DNA from: an uncultured Ruminococcus sp.
GTDB lineage: Bacteria; Bacillota; Clostridia; Oscillospirales; Acutalibacteraceae
Assembly (NCBI GenBank): GCA_964588105.1
Contig: CAZPOG010000001.1
Location: forward strand, 53-64,052
DNA length: 64,000 bases
Direction: 5' to 3'
Shown here: positions 27,185 through 37,618 of the stretch, in pieces
How the letters are laid out: the number at the start of each line of letters is the position of its first letter
How positions within the stretch are numbered: position 1 is the stretch's first letter
The notes under the pieces: generated by a model
The model's database searches: none
Told to the model about the DNA's origin: nothing
The model's input: only the letters and a program-made list of their open reading frames with translations
Position numbers and translations under genes: made by a program

Positions 27185-29518
27185 TTATGAACCCTCGCCC
27201 GGCTTGGTTGTCATTAGTTTATATAGATTGGTATCCGCGGGAATGATATTGGAGAAAGGCACCAAGGAGGAGCCGATCTTCATCAATCCGTGTCCCGCTT
27301 CAGCGTTTGTGATATACGAAAGCTGATTGTTAGATATGTTCAATTGCTTCGCCAGCTCCACACGGTCGGTTGACGCCTGATTGAGCATAATCAGGAACTC
27401 AGAGTTCGAAAGCATCGTGCGTGCAGTATGACTTTGCAGCATATCCTCGACATTCTGTGTGATACCGGTAGCAAACGCTCCGTACTTTCTGACACGCTTC
27501 CACAACGTAAACAGGAAGTTGGCGCTGTACTCATTTTGGAAGAGCAGATAGATCTCGTCAATGTAGATATAGGTTCTTCTTCCTTTGACTCTGTTGCGTG
27601 TGATTCGGTTGAGGATACTGTCAAGAACGACGAGCATCCCCATCGGCGTCAGCTGCTTGCCGAGATCGAGGATGTCATAACAAATCATTCTGTTCTGTGT
27701 ATCCACATTGGTTTGCTTTGCAAAAATGTCCAATGAACCGTTAGTAAACAGCTCGATAGAAAGAGCTAACTCGTGCGCCTCAGGTTCAGGCTGATTCAAA
27801 AGCTCCATACGGAAGTCCATCAATGTCGGCAGAGCGCCTCTGAAGCCGCGCTGTAAATAGGAACGGTAGACAGACGCCGTACAGCGGTCGATGATGGATT
27901 TTTCTTTCGGTCCCAATGCTCCAGCACCGATCACCTGTTCAATCAGGGACATAATAAACTCTGATTTCAGAATCATCGGATTCCCGTTCTCACCGTAATC
28001 ACTGTTCAGATCCATAGGATTGATGTGACTCGGAGAGGTGGAAGAAATATAGACGCACTCTCCCCCGAGCGCTCTGACAAGCGGACTGTACTCACGCTCC
28101 GGATCAATGATCATTACATCACAGTCAGGATCAGCCAAGAACCGCGCGGTTAAAATAAACTTTCCTATCATTGACTTACCGCCGCCGGAAACGCCTAAGA
28201 CAACGGAATTACCGTTTAGAAGAAGCCCGACATCAACAATGATCATATTGTTTGAAATGGTATTCTGTCCCAAATAAATTCCTTTCTGATGGAAGGCGTC
28301 CTGCACGCGGAACGTATGAAAAGCGGTCAAAGACTCAGTTGTCATTGTTCTGAAATTCTCTATCTTGCAGACGCCGAACGGAACGACTGTTTTCAGGGCG
28401 TCCATCTGCTGGAATCTCAGAACCGCAAGCTGACAGTGATCTCCCGACGCCGTATTGATAACCGCTTTGGTATCGTTGTCAAGCTGAGTCAAGGTGTCAG
28501 CCGTTAAAACAAATGTCACTACCGCAAGCGTCATGCGGCGATCCTTCATAGTCAGATCATCGAGAAAATCTTTGATCTCCTGACGCTGCTGTTCCAGATC
28601 ATACGGAACAGTCGCAGAAAAATTGTTGTTGTTATTCTGTCTTCGCTGCCAGTTAGCAATCTCGGTTTCGACACCCAAAAGACGGTTCTCCGCTTCTTTC
28701 AGCGCTTCGGATATCGGAACGGGGATGATGTCGATCGACATCATCAGATTACGCTGCAAGGCTGTCAGGTCAGAGGTAATGGAATCCTTGATATAGGAGC
28801 CGTATTCTTTTAAAAACATCACTCTTCCGAAGCGGTCCCCGATTCTGAAGTAATCACTGTAAAACTCAAAAGAGTCGGGACAAATGCTGTCTTTGAAGGT
28901 ATGTCCCTTGCGGCGCTTTTCCTTCACATTAAAGCGGAAGGTGCCGCTTTCCTCGGGACGGAAGAAATCGTGGAATACCCGAAGCCGTTCTTCCAATGTC
29001 GGTTCCGAGCACTTGCATCCGAGCTTCGATAACCGTAAGCTCAGTTCGCCGATCACGCGGGAAAAGTAGGAACGGGCTTCTTCGACGCTTCTTTTATCGA
29101 CTGTCAGCGTGATATACTTGTCCTGAATCATCGAATTTAAACCTGCCGCCTTCTCGAGTATGATACGGTTATACTCATGACGGTACATATCCAGCCCATC
29201 ATCTGCGTCGGGAATCAGGATATCCCGTTCAAAGTCCGATCGCGTCAGTCTGCGTGTGTTGACGGTGATTTTGGTGGTCATACCGGAATCAAGCGCACTG
29301 AGGAAATCGGCGTATTCTTCAAGGATATTCATTTTATCGTCGTCATCGGCAACGGCATAGTTGATATCAGTAAATTTGAAGGTCTTGGAAAACTTGTTCT
29401 TATCCACCATAAAGACACCGTCGTCATAGACCTTTCTGATCGGGATTACATCCTGAACCGATTTCGGTACGACAAACCGTTCTGTATTGGAGCGTAAAAA
29501 CTTAGTTAATGTTTTCAC
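27185..29518 (-). CDS. virB4: VirB4/TraE conjugation ATPase
   Basis: GVSGGGKS, IIDPEREY, IYIDEIY, RVRKYG. Confidence 0.95.
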   Translation of the reverse strand: MKTLTKFLRSNTERFVVPKSVQDVIPIRKVYDDGVFMVDKNKFSKTFKFTDINYAVADDDDKMNILEEYADFLSALDSGMTTKITVNTRRLTRSDFERDILIPDADDGLDMYRHEYNRIILEKAAGLNSMIQDKYITLTVDKRSVEEARSYFSRVIGELSLRLSKLGCKCSEPTLEERLRVFHDFFRPEESGTFRFNVKEKRRKGHTFKDSICPDSFEFYSDYFRIGDRFGRVMFLKEYGSYIKDSITSDLTALQRNLMMSIDIIPVPISEALKEAENRLLGVETEIANWQRRQNNNNNFSATVPYDLEQQRQEIKDFLDDLTMKDRRMTLAVVTFVLTADTLTQLDNDTKAVINTASGDHCQLAVLRFQQMDALKTVVPFGVCKIENFRTMTTESLTAFHTFRVQDAFHQKGIYLGQNTISNNMIIVDVGLLLNGNSVVLGVSGGGKSMIGKFILTARFLADPDCDVMIIDPEREYSPLVRALGGECVYISSTSPSHINPMDLNSDYGENGNPMILKSEFIMSLIEQVIGAGALGPKEKSIIDRCTASVYRSYLQRGFRGALPTLMDFRMELLNQPEPEAHELALSIELFTNGSLDIFAKQTNVDTQNRMICYDILDLGKQLTPMGMLVVLDSILNRITRNRVKGRRTYIYIDEIYLLFQNEYSANFLFTLWKRVRKYGAFATGITQNVEDMLQSHTARTMLSNSEFLIMLNQASTDRVELAKQLNISNNQLSYITNAEAGHGLMKIGSSLVPFSNIIPADTNLYKLMTTKPGEGS

Positions 29519-29876
29519 GGGTTTTCATTACCTCCTTCCTTCGTCTTTCGATGTACGGTTTTGACAGCTCATAATAAAGATTATCTGTCTTATTCACAAG
29601 CTGCCGGGGCGTCAGGATCTCCGATTTGATCCACGCCCAAATGAATTTTTCCGCCGTCATTCCGTTATACTTGACAAAGCCGAGAACCGCAAAGGGCGCC
29701 GCGGCAAGCACGCAGATCCACGATACGGTTTCCGTACCGAGAATATCTTTTAAGGAAAAGAATAGTCCCCCGGCAACCACACAGGCAGCGGCAGAAAAAA
29801 TGAGCTGACGCAAGGTCAGCCCGAAAAACACGGTTTCCGTATAATTACGGATTTCTTTATTGATTTTTATTTCCAT
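29502..29876 (-). CDS. prgI: PrgI family protein
   Basis: INKEIRNYTE.VFFGLTLRQ; two TM helices; upstream of virB4. Confidence 0.9.
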   Translation of the reverse strand: MEIKINKEIRNYTETVFFGLTLRQLIFSAAACVVAGGLFFSLKDILGTETVSWICVLAAAPFAVLGFVKYNGMTAEKFIWAWIKSEILTPRQLVNKTDNLYYELSKPYIERRRKEVMKTRENIN

Positions 29877-29890
29877 AATACTTTCCTTTC

Positions 29891-30727
29891 TTATAGTCCC
29901 ATCATCTCACGGATGATTCGGTCTGACATCTTGACTGTACCGACAAGCACAAGCATATTGAATACCAGTTCAATGATGTATTTCCACACTTGCGTGACAG
30001 CTGACGCCTGTGCGTTGACGACCGGTGGCGTCGCCGCAAACAGCGAAAAGATAATACAGCCGAGAACAATAACCGCGCCTTCCAGACACACAGCGCAGTA
30101 GCTCTTGATAAATGACTTGCCGATATTCTGCGACGGCTCTCCCGCAAAGGTAGAAAGCGGTATCGGAGCGAGCGCGGTATACATAAACAGCTTGAAGAAA
30201 CGGCTGTACACGGTCATAATCAGAATAAATGACATCACCGTGATAAATAATCCTCCGATAAGAGTAACAGCCCATAAGGGAATACTCTCAAAGAATCCGC
30301 ACTTTTCAATGGCGTCAACCATTTCCTGCGGAAACGTCGAGCCGCTCGGCTTCGTGATTCCCGACGATGCCAATATCGTCAGGATCGTGCCTTGAATGAT
30401 CTCATATAACGTCAGCATCAATTCCATACCGTAGGTAATGGCGGCTTTGGCTATAACGAAACGGACAAACAGCTTCAAAGCGTGTTCCGGTTTTTTCACT
30501 TCGGCAAAACTGCCGCAGGTTTTGACCATTCCGACAACAAAGAACAGAACAAGCAGCGCGAGTCCTATTCCCTGCATGGCGCTGTTGATGCTCTGGATCA
30601 CTTTCCATATACCGCCGCCTTTGAAATCCTGAGGCGTCGTCGCAATCAGATTCCAAATCTCCGTCAGATAAACATTCCAAGTTGACAGCGCATTTTCGAG
30701 CAGCTGAACAACCCAGTTATCAGACAT
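29891..30727 (-). CDS. VirB6/TrbL-like membrane protein
   Basis: Multi-TM protein with YSRFFKLFMYTALAPIPL; position between maff2 and prgI. Confidence 0.85.
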   Translation of the reverse strand: MSDNWVVQLLENALSTWNVYLTEIWNLIATTPQDFKGGGIWKVIQSINSAMQGIGLALLVLFFVVGMVKTCGSFAEVKKPEHALKLFVRFVIAKAAITYGMELMLTLYEIIQGTILTILASSGITKPSGSTFPQEMVDAIEKCGFFESIPLWAVTLIGGLFITVMSFILIMTVYSRFFKLFMYTALAPIPLSTFAGEPSQNIGKSFIKSYCAVCLEGAVIVLGCIIFSLFAATPPVVNAQASAVTQVWKYIIELVFNMLVLVGTVKMSDRIIREMMGL

Positions 30728-30750
30728 AGATACACCTCCTTCATAGGTTT

Positions 30751-30780
30751 AGGGGTATGCGATATATACCGCATACCCCT
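30751..30780. repeat. 11-bp hairpin between maff2 and virB6
   Basis: AGGGGTATGCG / CGCATACCCCT. Confidence 0.6.
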
Positions 30781-30786
30781 TTTGGA

Positions 30787-31140
30787 TCAGCCGATAATCA
30801 GGTTGAGGATTTCCTTTGCAAAGGTGATGACCACACCGCCTGCAAGTGTCAGAAAACCGTTAGCTCTCTGTGACGGATCGTGAGACTTGAACGACAAGCC
30901 GACCTGTACAATACCGAGTCCGAGCAGGATCAGTCCGATGGCGCGAATCAGACCGAAAATAAAATCAGACAGATTGTTGATAGCGCTCAGAGGGTCTGAC
31001 GCCGCAAAAGCGGTTACAGAAAAAGCTGAGAGAACCAAGACTGCCGAAATGATCAAGGTGACATAGAGCATAAAGCCTTTTTTCACCCTGCCGGTCATCG
31101 GCAGTCTTTCTCTGACGGTATTCTTTTCGATTTCTTTCAT
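30787..31140 (-). CDS. maff2: Maff2/VirB2-like pilin-like membrane protein
   Basis: AINNLSDFIFG..G....G.VQ.GLS..SHDPSQRANG. Confidence 0.75.
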   Translation of the reverse strand: MKEIEKNTVRERLPMTGRVKKGFMLYVTLIISAVLVLSAFSVTAFAASDPLSAINNLSDFIFGLIRAIGLILLGLGIVQVGLSFKSHDPSQRANGFLTLAGGVVITFAKEILNLIIG

Positions 31141-31158
31141 ATATGCATTTCTCCTTTT

Positions 31159-32979
31159 TTACTCAATGTGAAATTTTTCTTCGAGTTCCTCATTGGTGAG
31201 CAGCTCATAATTAGTTTCGGGTATCGTTTCAAACTTGCCCGAATCATTATTCCGACGAATGGAAAAAACGGTAAAGGAAGCGATATCATCCTTCGTTTCG
31301 CCGTGATAATACGGTTTGACTCCGCCGTCAGCACTCATAGCGATGTTGGGGTGTTTGAGAATATCGTATTTGAGGTCAAGAACCGGACGTTCTCCGCGGA
31401 TAAACAGAATCGCGTGCTGATTATCGAGCAGACGAACTTCATCCGGTGTCATCAGCTCGCGTCCGCTGATCTGATAGTTGGTAGAGTAGTTGCCGTTTCG
31501 TCCCGACGACTTCCCGTAGGTGTTGGTATCTATCGTTTCCTTACCGAGCAGCTTAGACACATATTCGTGTGTCGATTGTTCGTTGCCGCCGAGATAGAGA
31601 AACTCATCACAGTTGCCGACAATGGATTCCCATTGCTTTTCAAACAGTGCTTTGAGCTGAGCTAAGTTCTGCAAAATGATACTGACAAAGACGCCTCGTG
31701 AACGCATAACCGAGAGGATCTTATCAAAATCATCGGGAAGCGATACATTCGCGAACTCATCCATCAGAAAATGGACAGGAACCTTCAACGCCCCGCCGTG
31801 GATATGATCGGCACAGTAGAAAAGCTGTTGAAACAGCTGTGTATAAAGGATAGACACCAAGAAATTGAACGAAGAATCATTGTCGGGGATCAGAGCGAAC
31901 AGCGCGACCTTCTTCTCTCCGAGAGAATCCAGGTCAAGCTCGTCCACCGAAGTCATCGCCGCAAGACTCTCAAGGTTAAACTTTTCCAGTCTTGCCGCCA
32001 GCGTTATCTGAATCGATTTGAGTGTTTTCGGTGAACCGGAGTGATAGTTACGGTAGTATTTGACGGCGATATGCTCAGGATCACGGAATTCCAAGCTGTC
32101 AAACATCAGGTCAATGGCTGATGGGACCGGATTATCCTCGTTTTCGATATTTGCCGCCCGCAGCATTTCCATTACCATCGAAAAGTTCTGTTCATCCTCC
32201 GGCGCTTCATAATGCAGATAATAGATCAAAGCAGAAAGCAGCATCGACGCAGACGTATCCCAGAACGGATCGTTGCTCTGTGCGCCCTTCGGCGTCGTGG
32301 ATTTGAACAGGTTGGTAACGAGCTTCTGAACATCGTTATCGTCGTGAAGATACACAAATGGGTTATAACAATGACTTTTGTCCATGTTGATCAGGTCAAG
32401 CACCCTGATCTCATATCCCTGCTGTTCAAGAAGGTATCCCGTATCACGGATGATCTCTCCTTTCGGATCAAGGATTACAAACGATGTATTTGCCTGCATC
32501 AGATTCGGCTTGCAGTAAAAACGCGTTTTACCAGCGCCCGAGCCGCCGACAACAAGGGTATTGAGATTGCGGCGGTGCTTTTTGGCGTTGATACCGACAC
32601 TGACGTTCTGTGTCATCAGCTTGTTGTTGCAGTAGGGATGCTGATGATAACGTCTGTTGATCTTTCCGCAGTTTCCCCATCTGGCAGAGCCGTGTTCTTC
32701 CCGTTTCCGATAATTCCGTCGGGAGGAAAGAAATATACCGATACCCATACCGTATGCAAAAAGCAATACGAGGACAGTTTTCAGGCTGTCCGAGCAAAGC
32801 TCTATGTAAAACGGATGACTGAAAGCGGTCATAAGGCCTTTGAGTATCTCGGTCAATCCTCCTGAAACGGACGGCGCAATTTTCAAAGCCAGCCACACCA
32901 CGGGAACGACACCGACGAACGATAATATGATAATCGACTTCTTACTGCTATCTCGCACTTGCGTATCCGCCCCGCTCAA
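31159..32979 (-). CDS. virD4: VirD4/TraG type IV coupling protein
   Basis: EEHGSARWG, GGSGAGKT, LDPKGE, LMDEFAN. Confidence 0.95.
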   Translation of the reverse strand: MSGADTQVRDSSKKSIIILSFVGVVPVVWLALKIAPSVSGGLTEILKGLMTAFSHPFYIELCSDSLKTVLVLLFAYGMGIGIFLSSRRNYRKREEHGSARWGNCGKINRRYHQHPYCNNKLMTQNVSVGINAKKHRRNLNTLVVGGSGAGKTRFYCKPNLMQANTSFVILDPKGEIIRDTGYLLEQQGYEIRVLDLINMDKSHCYNPFVYLHDDNDVQKLVTNLFKSTTPKGAQSNDPFWDTSASMLLSALIYYLHYEAPEDEQNFSMVMEMLRAANIENEDNPVPSAIDLMFDSLEFRDPEHIAVKYYRNYHSGSPKTLKSIQITLAARLEKFNLESLAAMTSVDELDLDSLGEKKVALFALIPDNDSSFNFLVSILYTQLFQQLFYCADHIHGGALKVPVHFLMDEFANVSLPDDFDKILSVMRSRGVFVSIILQNLAQLKALFEKQWESIVGNCDEFLYLGGNEQSTHEYVSKLLGKETIDTNTYGKSSGRNGNYSTNYQISGRELMTPDEVRLLDNQHAILFIRGERPVLDLKYDILKHPNIAMSADGGVKPYYHGETKDDIASFTVFSIRRNNDSGKFETIPETNYELLTNEELEEKFHIE

Positions 32980-33147
32980 CCACTTTCATATTCTTGATCG
33001 GCGCTCTTCCGACCTTCAGAATGATCTCGTCCAAGGCGTCGGTTGTCTTGCCTTCTCTGAAAAATTGATTTTCTTCTCATACAACGACTGCAAAATCACA
33101 CGATGCTCATAATCTGTCAGCACAAGGTAATAACGAGGCACTTTCAT
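32948..33147 (-). pseudogene. small ICE gene with a one-base frameshift
   Basis: 200 nt from ATG to TAG. Adding one A to the A4 run (T at 33069-33072) gives one frame MKVPRYYL...KNQFFREGKTTDALDEIILKV. Confidence 0.5.
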
Positions 33148-33158
33148 AGCCGTCACCT

Positions 33159-34082
33159 TTATCGGGCGTCATCACGGGATCGATAGCTTCTGTCCTGATT
33201 CTGCTCCTGACGCTGACGGTAGATCTCATTGGAAATACGGGAATTAATATTTGATGCAGCGAAGCGGATCGACGAAAGCTCCGCACGCACTTCTTTCTCA
33301 TCCTTATTCTTCCACGAATCAGGAAGCTCCTTGATCGTAAAACGCTCGGACGGAACGCCAAACCGCTTGCAGAGCATATTGGCAACGCAGACAGCATCGA
33401 AGGTCATCTCTCTGCGGTCATAAACTTCGCTGTTTACGGAAAGCTCCGCAAACGCCAGCTCAACAGCGACAGACTGGAACAGCTTCACCCCGTCGTTAAC
33501 GTTTCTCCTGACAGAAAGGACACCGGTTTCGTTGTTGTATTCGGCAACAGTATCGGAAAAGCCGAAGCTGTCAACATTCTCGACCTGTACCGGAGCGGTT
33601 TCGAGCATGGCAATCAGAATCTCGCTGGGATTGGTGTTCAGGCTCGGAGCAGTCGGACGTTTAGCGGCAGTAGTCTGGGAGATATCAAACACGGATTTCG
33701 GATTATAGAAAACGCCTTTGGTCCCGTTGGTGCGGGTATATTCAGACGGTTCAAGAATAGAAATATGTTTTTCACCCTTCTTGATGCTGACGCCGTCCTC
33801 TCCCCATCCCGAAAAATCTTTTAAGCGGGAAGCCGAGGGCATCTGTCTGTAAATGAGCAATGCGTTTGAAGCAGAGTATCTGTCGAGCCGCGCCTGTGTG
33901 CTGAGATAATTCTCAAAGCTCTCGGGTCGGTTCATCACTTCCTCTGTTACATCATCGAGCATTTCAAAAAGCTCATTTCGTTCTTGCTCCTTCTTAATTT
34001 TGTATTCTTCCTTTGAAAGCGTCGGCCTTTCATAGGAATCCTTTTTGTAGCCGTTCTTTCTCGGCTGATAATGATCGGTCAT
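33159..34082 (-). CDS. ArdC-like N-terminal ssDNA-binding domain protein
   Basis: RYSASNALLIYRQMP.AS.LK.F.GW...IKKGEK.I.ILEP. Confidence 0.65.
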   Translation of the reverse strand: MTDHYQPRKNGYKKDSYERPTLSKEEYKIKKEQERNELFEMLDDVTEEVMNRPESFENYLSTQARLDRYSASNALLIYRQMPSASRLKDFSGWGEDGVSIKKGEKHISILEPSEYTRTNGTKGVFYNPKSVFDISQTTAAKRPTAPSLNTNPSEILIAMLETAPVQVENVDSFGFSDTVAEYNNETGVLSVRRNVNDGVKLFQSVAVELAFAELSVNSEVYDRREMTFDAVCVANMLCKRFGVPSERFTIKELPDSWKNKDEKEVRAELSSIRFAASNINSRISNEIYRQRQEQNQDRSYRSRDDAR

Positions 34083-34087
34083 AACAA

Positions 34088-34885
34088 TCACCTTTCTTTA
34101 TAATGTTTCTTTTTTGTAGGTTGACGATGAACGGTTTTACCGTTCTTGGATTTGTACGGCTGTTTCATGGGTTCTTTGTACTCTCGTTCGGCGTCCCTGC
34201 TGAGTTTCCTGCTCTGTTCCTTATAGCGTTCAAGCTCTTCTCTCACGGAAGGCTTTTTCTCATCAGAGAATCTTGCTCTACCCTTATCAATGTGCGTATC
34301 TCGCTGCTCTGATGGCTGCCTTGACGGAGGGCTTTTTTCCGTCTTGGCTTCCGTAGGGTTTTTCATAGTGTATTTCTCCTTCTGAACAGGAATTCCCATC
34401 GCTTCCTCATAGATGCGCTGACCTCTGGATTTTACGGGAATATCCCGGACGACCTCCTCACGGTCAGCAATTTCTTTTTCGGATTCGTTGATAATAGACG
34501 CCTTATCGACCTTACCGAGCTCGAAGCGGTCGACGATCCTCTGGATTTTGGAACCGTCTTCTTCACGGACGATGATATCCACATCGGCAGTCTGTGAATG
34601 ATTGGTACGGTCCCGCAGAACATTGTAGAGAACGCCGTAGCGTTTTGCTTGCTGTGTAAACGTCTTGAGATCCTTCTGCGGGATCGAAAACACTTTCAAG
34701 GGTTTGCCCGACTTGATCATATTGGTCAGCCGTGCTTTCCCTTTGGTCTTGTTCTCCTGCTTAAGCACCGTATACAGCAGAGCGCCGATATTCTTGGCAG
34801 CGGAACCTGTGAGTCGTGCTACGACTTCGAAGCCTTCGAGTGACAGACGGACAACCTGTTCCGCCGCATCACCACCGTTGCTCAT
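34088..34885 (-). CDS. pcfB: PcfB family protein
   Basis: MSNGGDAAEQVVRLSLEG..., KGKARL, F...AKRYGVLY; GAGGAGAGG RBS before ATG 34885. Confidence 0.85.
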   Translation of the reverse strand: MSNGGDAAEQVVRLSLEGFEVVARLTGSAAKNIGALLYTVLKQENKTKGKARLTNMIKSGKPLKVFSIPQKDLKTFTQQAKRYGVLYNVLRDRTNHSQTADVDIIVREEDGSKIQRIVDRFELGKVDKASIINESEKEIADREEVVRDIPVKSRGQRIYEEAMGIPVQKEKYTMKNPTEAKTEKSPPSRQPSEQRDTHIDKGRARFSDEKKPSVREELERYKEQSRKLSRDAEREYKEPMKQPYKSKNGKTVHRQPTKKKHYKER

Positions 34886-35846
34886 AAGACCTCTCCTCCT
34901 TTGTCTTGGATTTTTCTTCATCTGCAAGGGCAAGTGAGAGGTTAGAACGTATCTCGTCCGACCTCTCAGCGATCCCGTCGCAGAGTTTTTTCTCCTTGCG
35001 GAGTGTTTTGAGCTTTTCGTTGATTGCTTTGATTTGCTCTTTTGCCTCAGACAGCTCTTTTTCATCTGTTTTTCTTCTGATCTTATTTCGCAGGAGCGTT
35101 CTGTCGGCAATCAGGGTATGGATCTGCGAATCGACCTTTGCTCTGTATGAGAAAAGCTGCTCCAGCGTTGAGATCTTCTCTCTGCCGAGCAGCCTTGTCT
35201 GTGCAGTGATCCTGTCCAGCTTCAGCCAATCCTCACGGAAGATATAGTGAATCTTGGCAGGACTCGTCTGCTTGTAATTCGGAAGATAGCCGAGCTTATA
35301 ACAGTAGTAGAGATACAGACCGTACAGCCCTCCTACTTTCCTGATTTTATCCTCTCTTGTCGGTAGGTTGTAACGGCGAAGAACGATACGCGGTCTCTGA
35401 AACGGCTGTGTTATCATCTTCCGGTAATTCCCGCTCAACCGTTTCATAATGGCGTCGTTTGTATAATCCTCGCCGAGCTTATAAAGACGGATGGGTTTGT
35501 CATATCCTTTCGGGATAACGGTCCAGTATTTCCTGTTCGGATTAAACCGGTATCGGTAACCCATCTGTTCCAGATAGTATTTGAACTCGGATAATCCTCT
35601 GCTTTTTTCAATCGCTTCATTAAGCTGTTCCCTGACGATGCTGTACCAAGTCGTCATACCCTCTTTTTCAAGTTTGTGATAATAATATGAGGTTGGTTTG
35701 ATATACTCCGGATCAGGTTTGTAGTAGATACCATATTCCCGACATACCTCATCAGCGATATGTCGGAATTTGATCCAAGCCTTCTCTTCACCGTGCAAAC
35801 GCTTACCGTCTACAAACGAAATGGAATTGATAACAAAATGACAGTG
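34869..35846 (-). pseudogene. ICE MOBP relaxase, 3' part (from HCHFVINS)
   Basis: Frame reads H-C-H-F-V-I-N-S-I-S-F-V-D-G-K-R up to the junction at 35846. Confidence 0.9.
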
Positions 35847-36245
35847 ATACGTATTTTGTCAAGGGTATTTTCTGCCAAAGTTGTTCTTTCCTTTTCGTAT
35901 AATACGACAAAACCGCCGATAGGTTTTGAAGTGAACCTATCAACGGTTTATTTTTCGTAATGAAATCTATTTTGTTTTCTCTTTTTCAAATCTCTTTACT
36001 ATTTCGTTTGTTGTAGAAAGCTCATATTCTTTTGTAAAAAACTCATCTCTAAAATAACAAATTGTTTTATCAAGGGTATTTGATCCTATAAACAAAACTA
36101 TAAAACTCTGTGCAAAAACAATAGGATTGTACAATAATTAGTTTTCGTATATATGGTTAATAAAGATTATTAATTATATCTTCGACAAGCGTAGTTATTT
36201 TTGCAGATAACTTAAATAGCGAACATATTTTAACTGGCATCTACT

Positions 36246-36761
36246 TTATTCAGTAGTTTTTCTATTATAACTGTCAATAAGATATAGTATGTTAGAAAGC
36301 GTTATAATATCAAGGTTATCTTCACGATCTTTATAATATAATAGAGATCGAAAATCCTCCAGATACTTTTTTTTACTATATATTGCATCTGGAAATTCAA
36401 ATCTAGATATAGGTTTTTCCCCTTTTTTATTTAATTCTTCATTAATTTCATACTGCATAAATGATAGCCCAGCAGATATTGCTAATTCATAATTACTGAA
36501 ATACAATTTTGAATTACTAGCATTATTGCTTTCGATAACTTTCGTTTTTATTACTGAATACATTATTATTGCCGCAACTTTATGAATATCAAGCAGCACA
36601 ACTTCTTTATTCATATATTTTCTTTTTGTTTCACCGTATTTTTCACGAAAGTATTTTAAAAAAGTATCATATTTATTTTTATTAATTATCGAATTATCAG
36701 CGTAATTAGATTGAGCTGATAATATCATTTTTTGCCATAACACTTCTAGTTTCGCAAACAT
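36246..36761 (-). CDS. hypothetical protein
   Basis: 171-aa AT-rich ORF 3 nt downstream of the previous gene. Confidence 0.65.
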   Translation of the reverse strand: MFAKLEVLWQKMILSAQSNYADNSIINKNKYDTFLKYFREKYGETKRKYMNKEVVLLDIHKVAAIIMYSVIKTKVIESNNASNSKLYFSNYELAISAGLSFMQYEINEELNKKGEKPISRFEFPDAIYSKKKYLEDFRSLLYYKDREDNLDIITLSNILYLIDSYNRKTTE

Positions 36762-36764
36762 ATA

Positions 36765-37532
36765 CTAATCACATCCCTTAAAATAATCAATAAACTGTAA
36801 GTCGTGATTATATATCGTATTTAAATCTTTACCGCAATTCATCATCCTAATATTATCAATTTCCTTAATTTCTTTAATTCTATAACTATGTATTCTATTT
36901 TTATAGGATTTTATAATTATAATTAAATTAATGATTATTGCTATTACCAGAATTAGAATTGTAATTATCCACATTACTATATTATAATTTTTATCCATAT
37001 TAATACTTGTGAATAATCCGGCTAACAAAGAGACTACACCAGAGAGAATGCCAAGTAACAATGACATTATACTCATTCCGCTTTTTTTATTAGTTTTTGT
37101 TTCGCTAATAGAAAAACCCTTTTCTTGTACATTTGCTAAATCACTTTCATTATTAAGAGCCTCTAATATCTTATAAATACTATCTTGTTTTATATTATTG
37201 GGAATATACAAGTTTTCTACAAATTCAACTACTAAATCCTCATAAAACATATCTACGGTTTTCATTTCATCAGGAATTATATTATATGTTCTAGCTACTG
37301 ATTTGATTATAACATTAAGTTCTTGCTTAGTAGGCAATCCTGAATTGGCAATATAAGGTCTTAGTATAGTTAATACTTCATTGTTTGCTAAAATAATATT
37401 TCTTTTATAATCATTCTTTTTCTTGCTATCTAAAACTTTATTCGTAATAAAATAAACTATTATTCCACTAATAATACCTCCTACGATACCAATAACCCAT
37501 CCGTTTTGTAAAAAAACAAAAAAATCTTTCAT
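36765..37532 (-). CDS. hypothetical membrane protein (about 3 TM)
   Basis: Hydrophobic helices at the N-terminus and near residues 155-210. Confidence 0.7.
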   Translation of the reverse strand: MKDFFVFLQNGWVIGIVGGIISGIIVYFITNKVLDSKKKNDYKRNIILANNEVLTILRPYIANSGLPTKQELNVIIKSVARTYNIIPDEMKTVDMFYEDLVVEFVENLYIPNNIKQDSIYKILEALNNESDLANVQEKGFSISETKTNKKSGMSIMSLLLGILSGVVSLLAGLFTSINMDKNYNIVMWIITILILVIAIIINLIIIIKSYKNRIHSYRIKEIKEIDNIRMMNCGKDLNTIYNHDLQFIDYFKGCD

Positions 37533-37618
37533 GTTGTATCACCATTTAACATAATTAAGGTACATATTAAATCAAACTAGTAAAATTTTTGCTAATTTAT
37601 CTGTTGAGAAATAATACT

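Noticed and set aside
24771-35247. Many plus-strand ORFs across the tra region (also 47239-48321 and 57446-63640)
   Set aside because: They are antisense shadows of well-supported minus-strand genes in GC-richer DNA.
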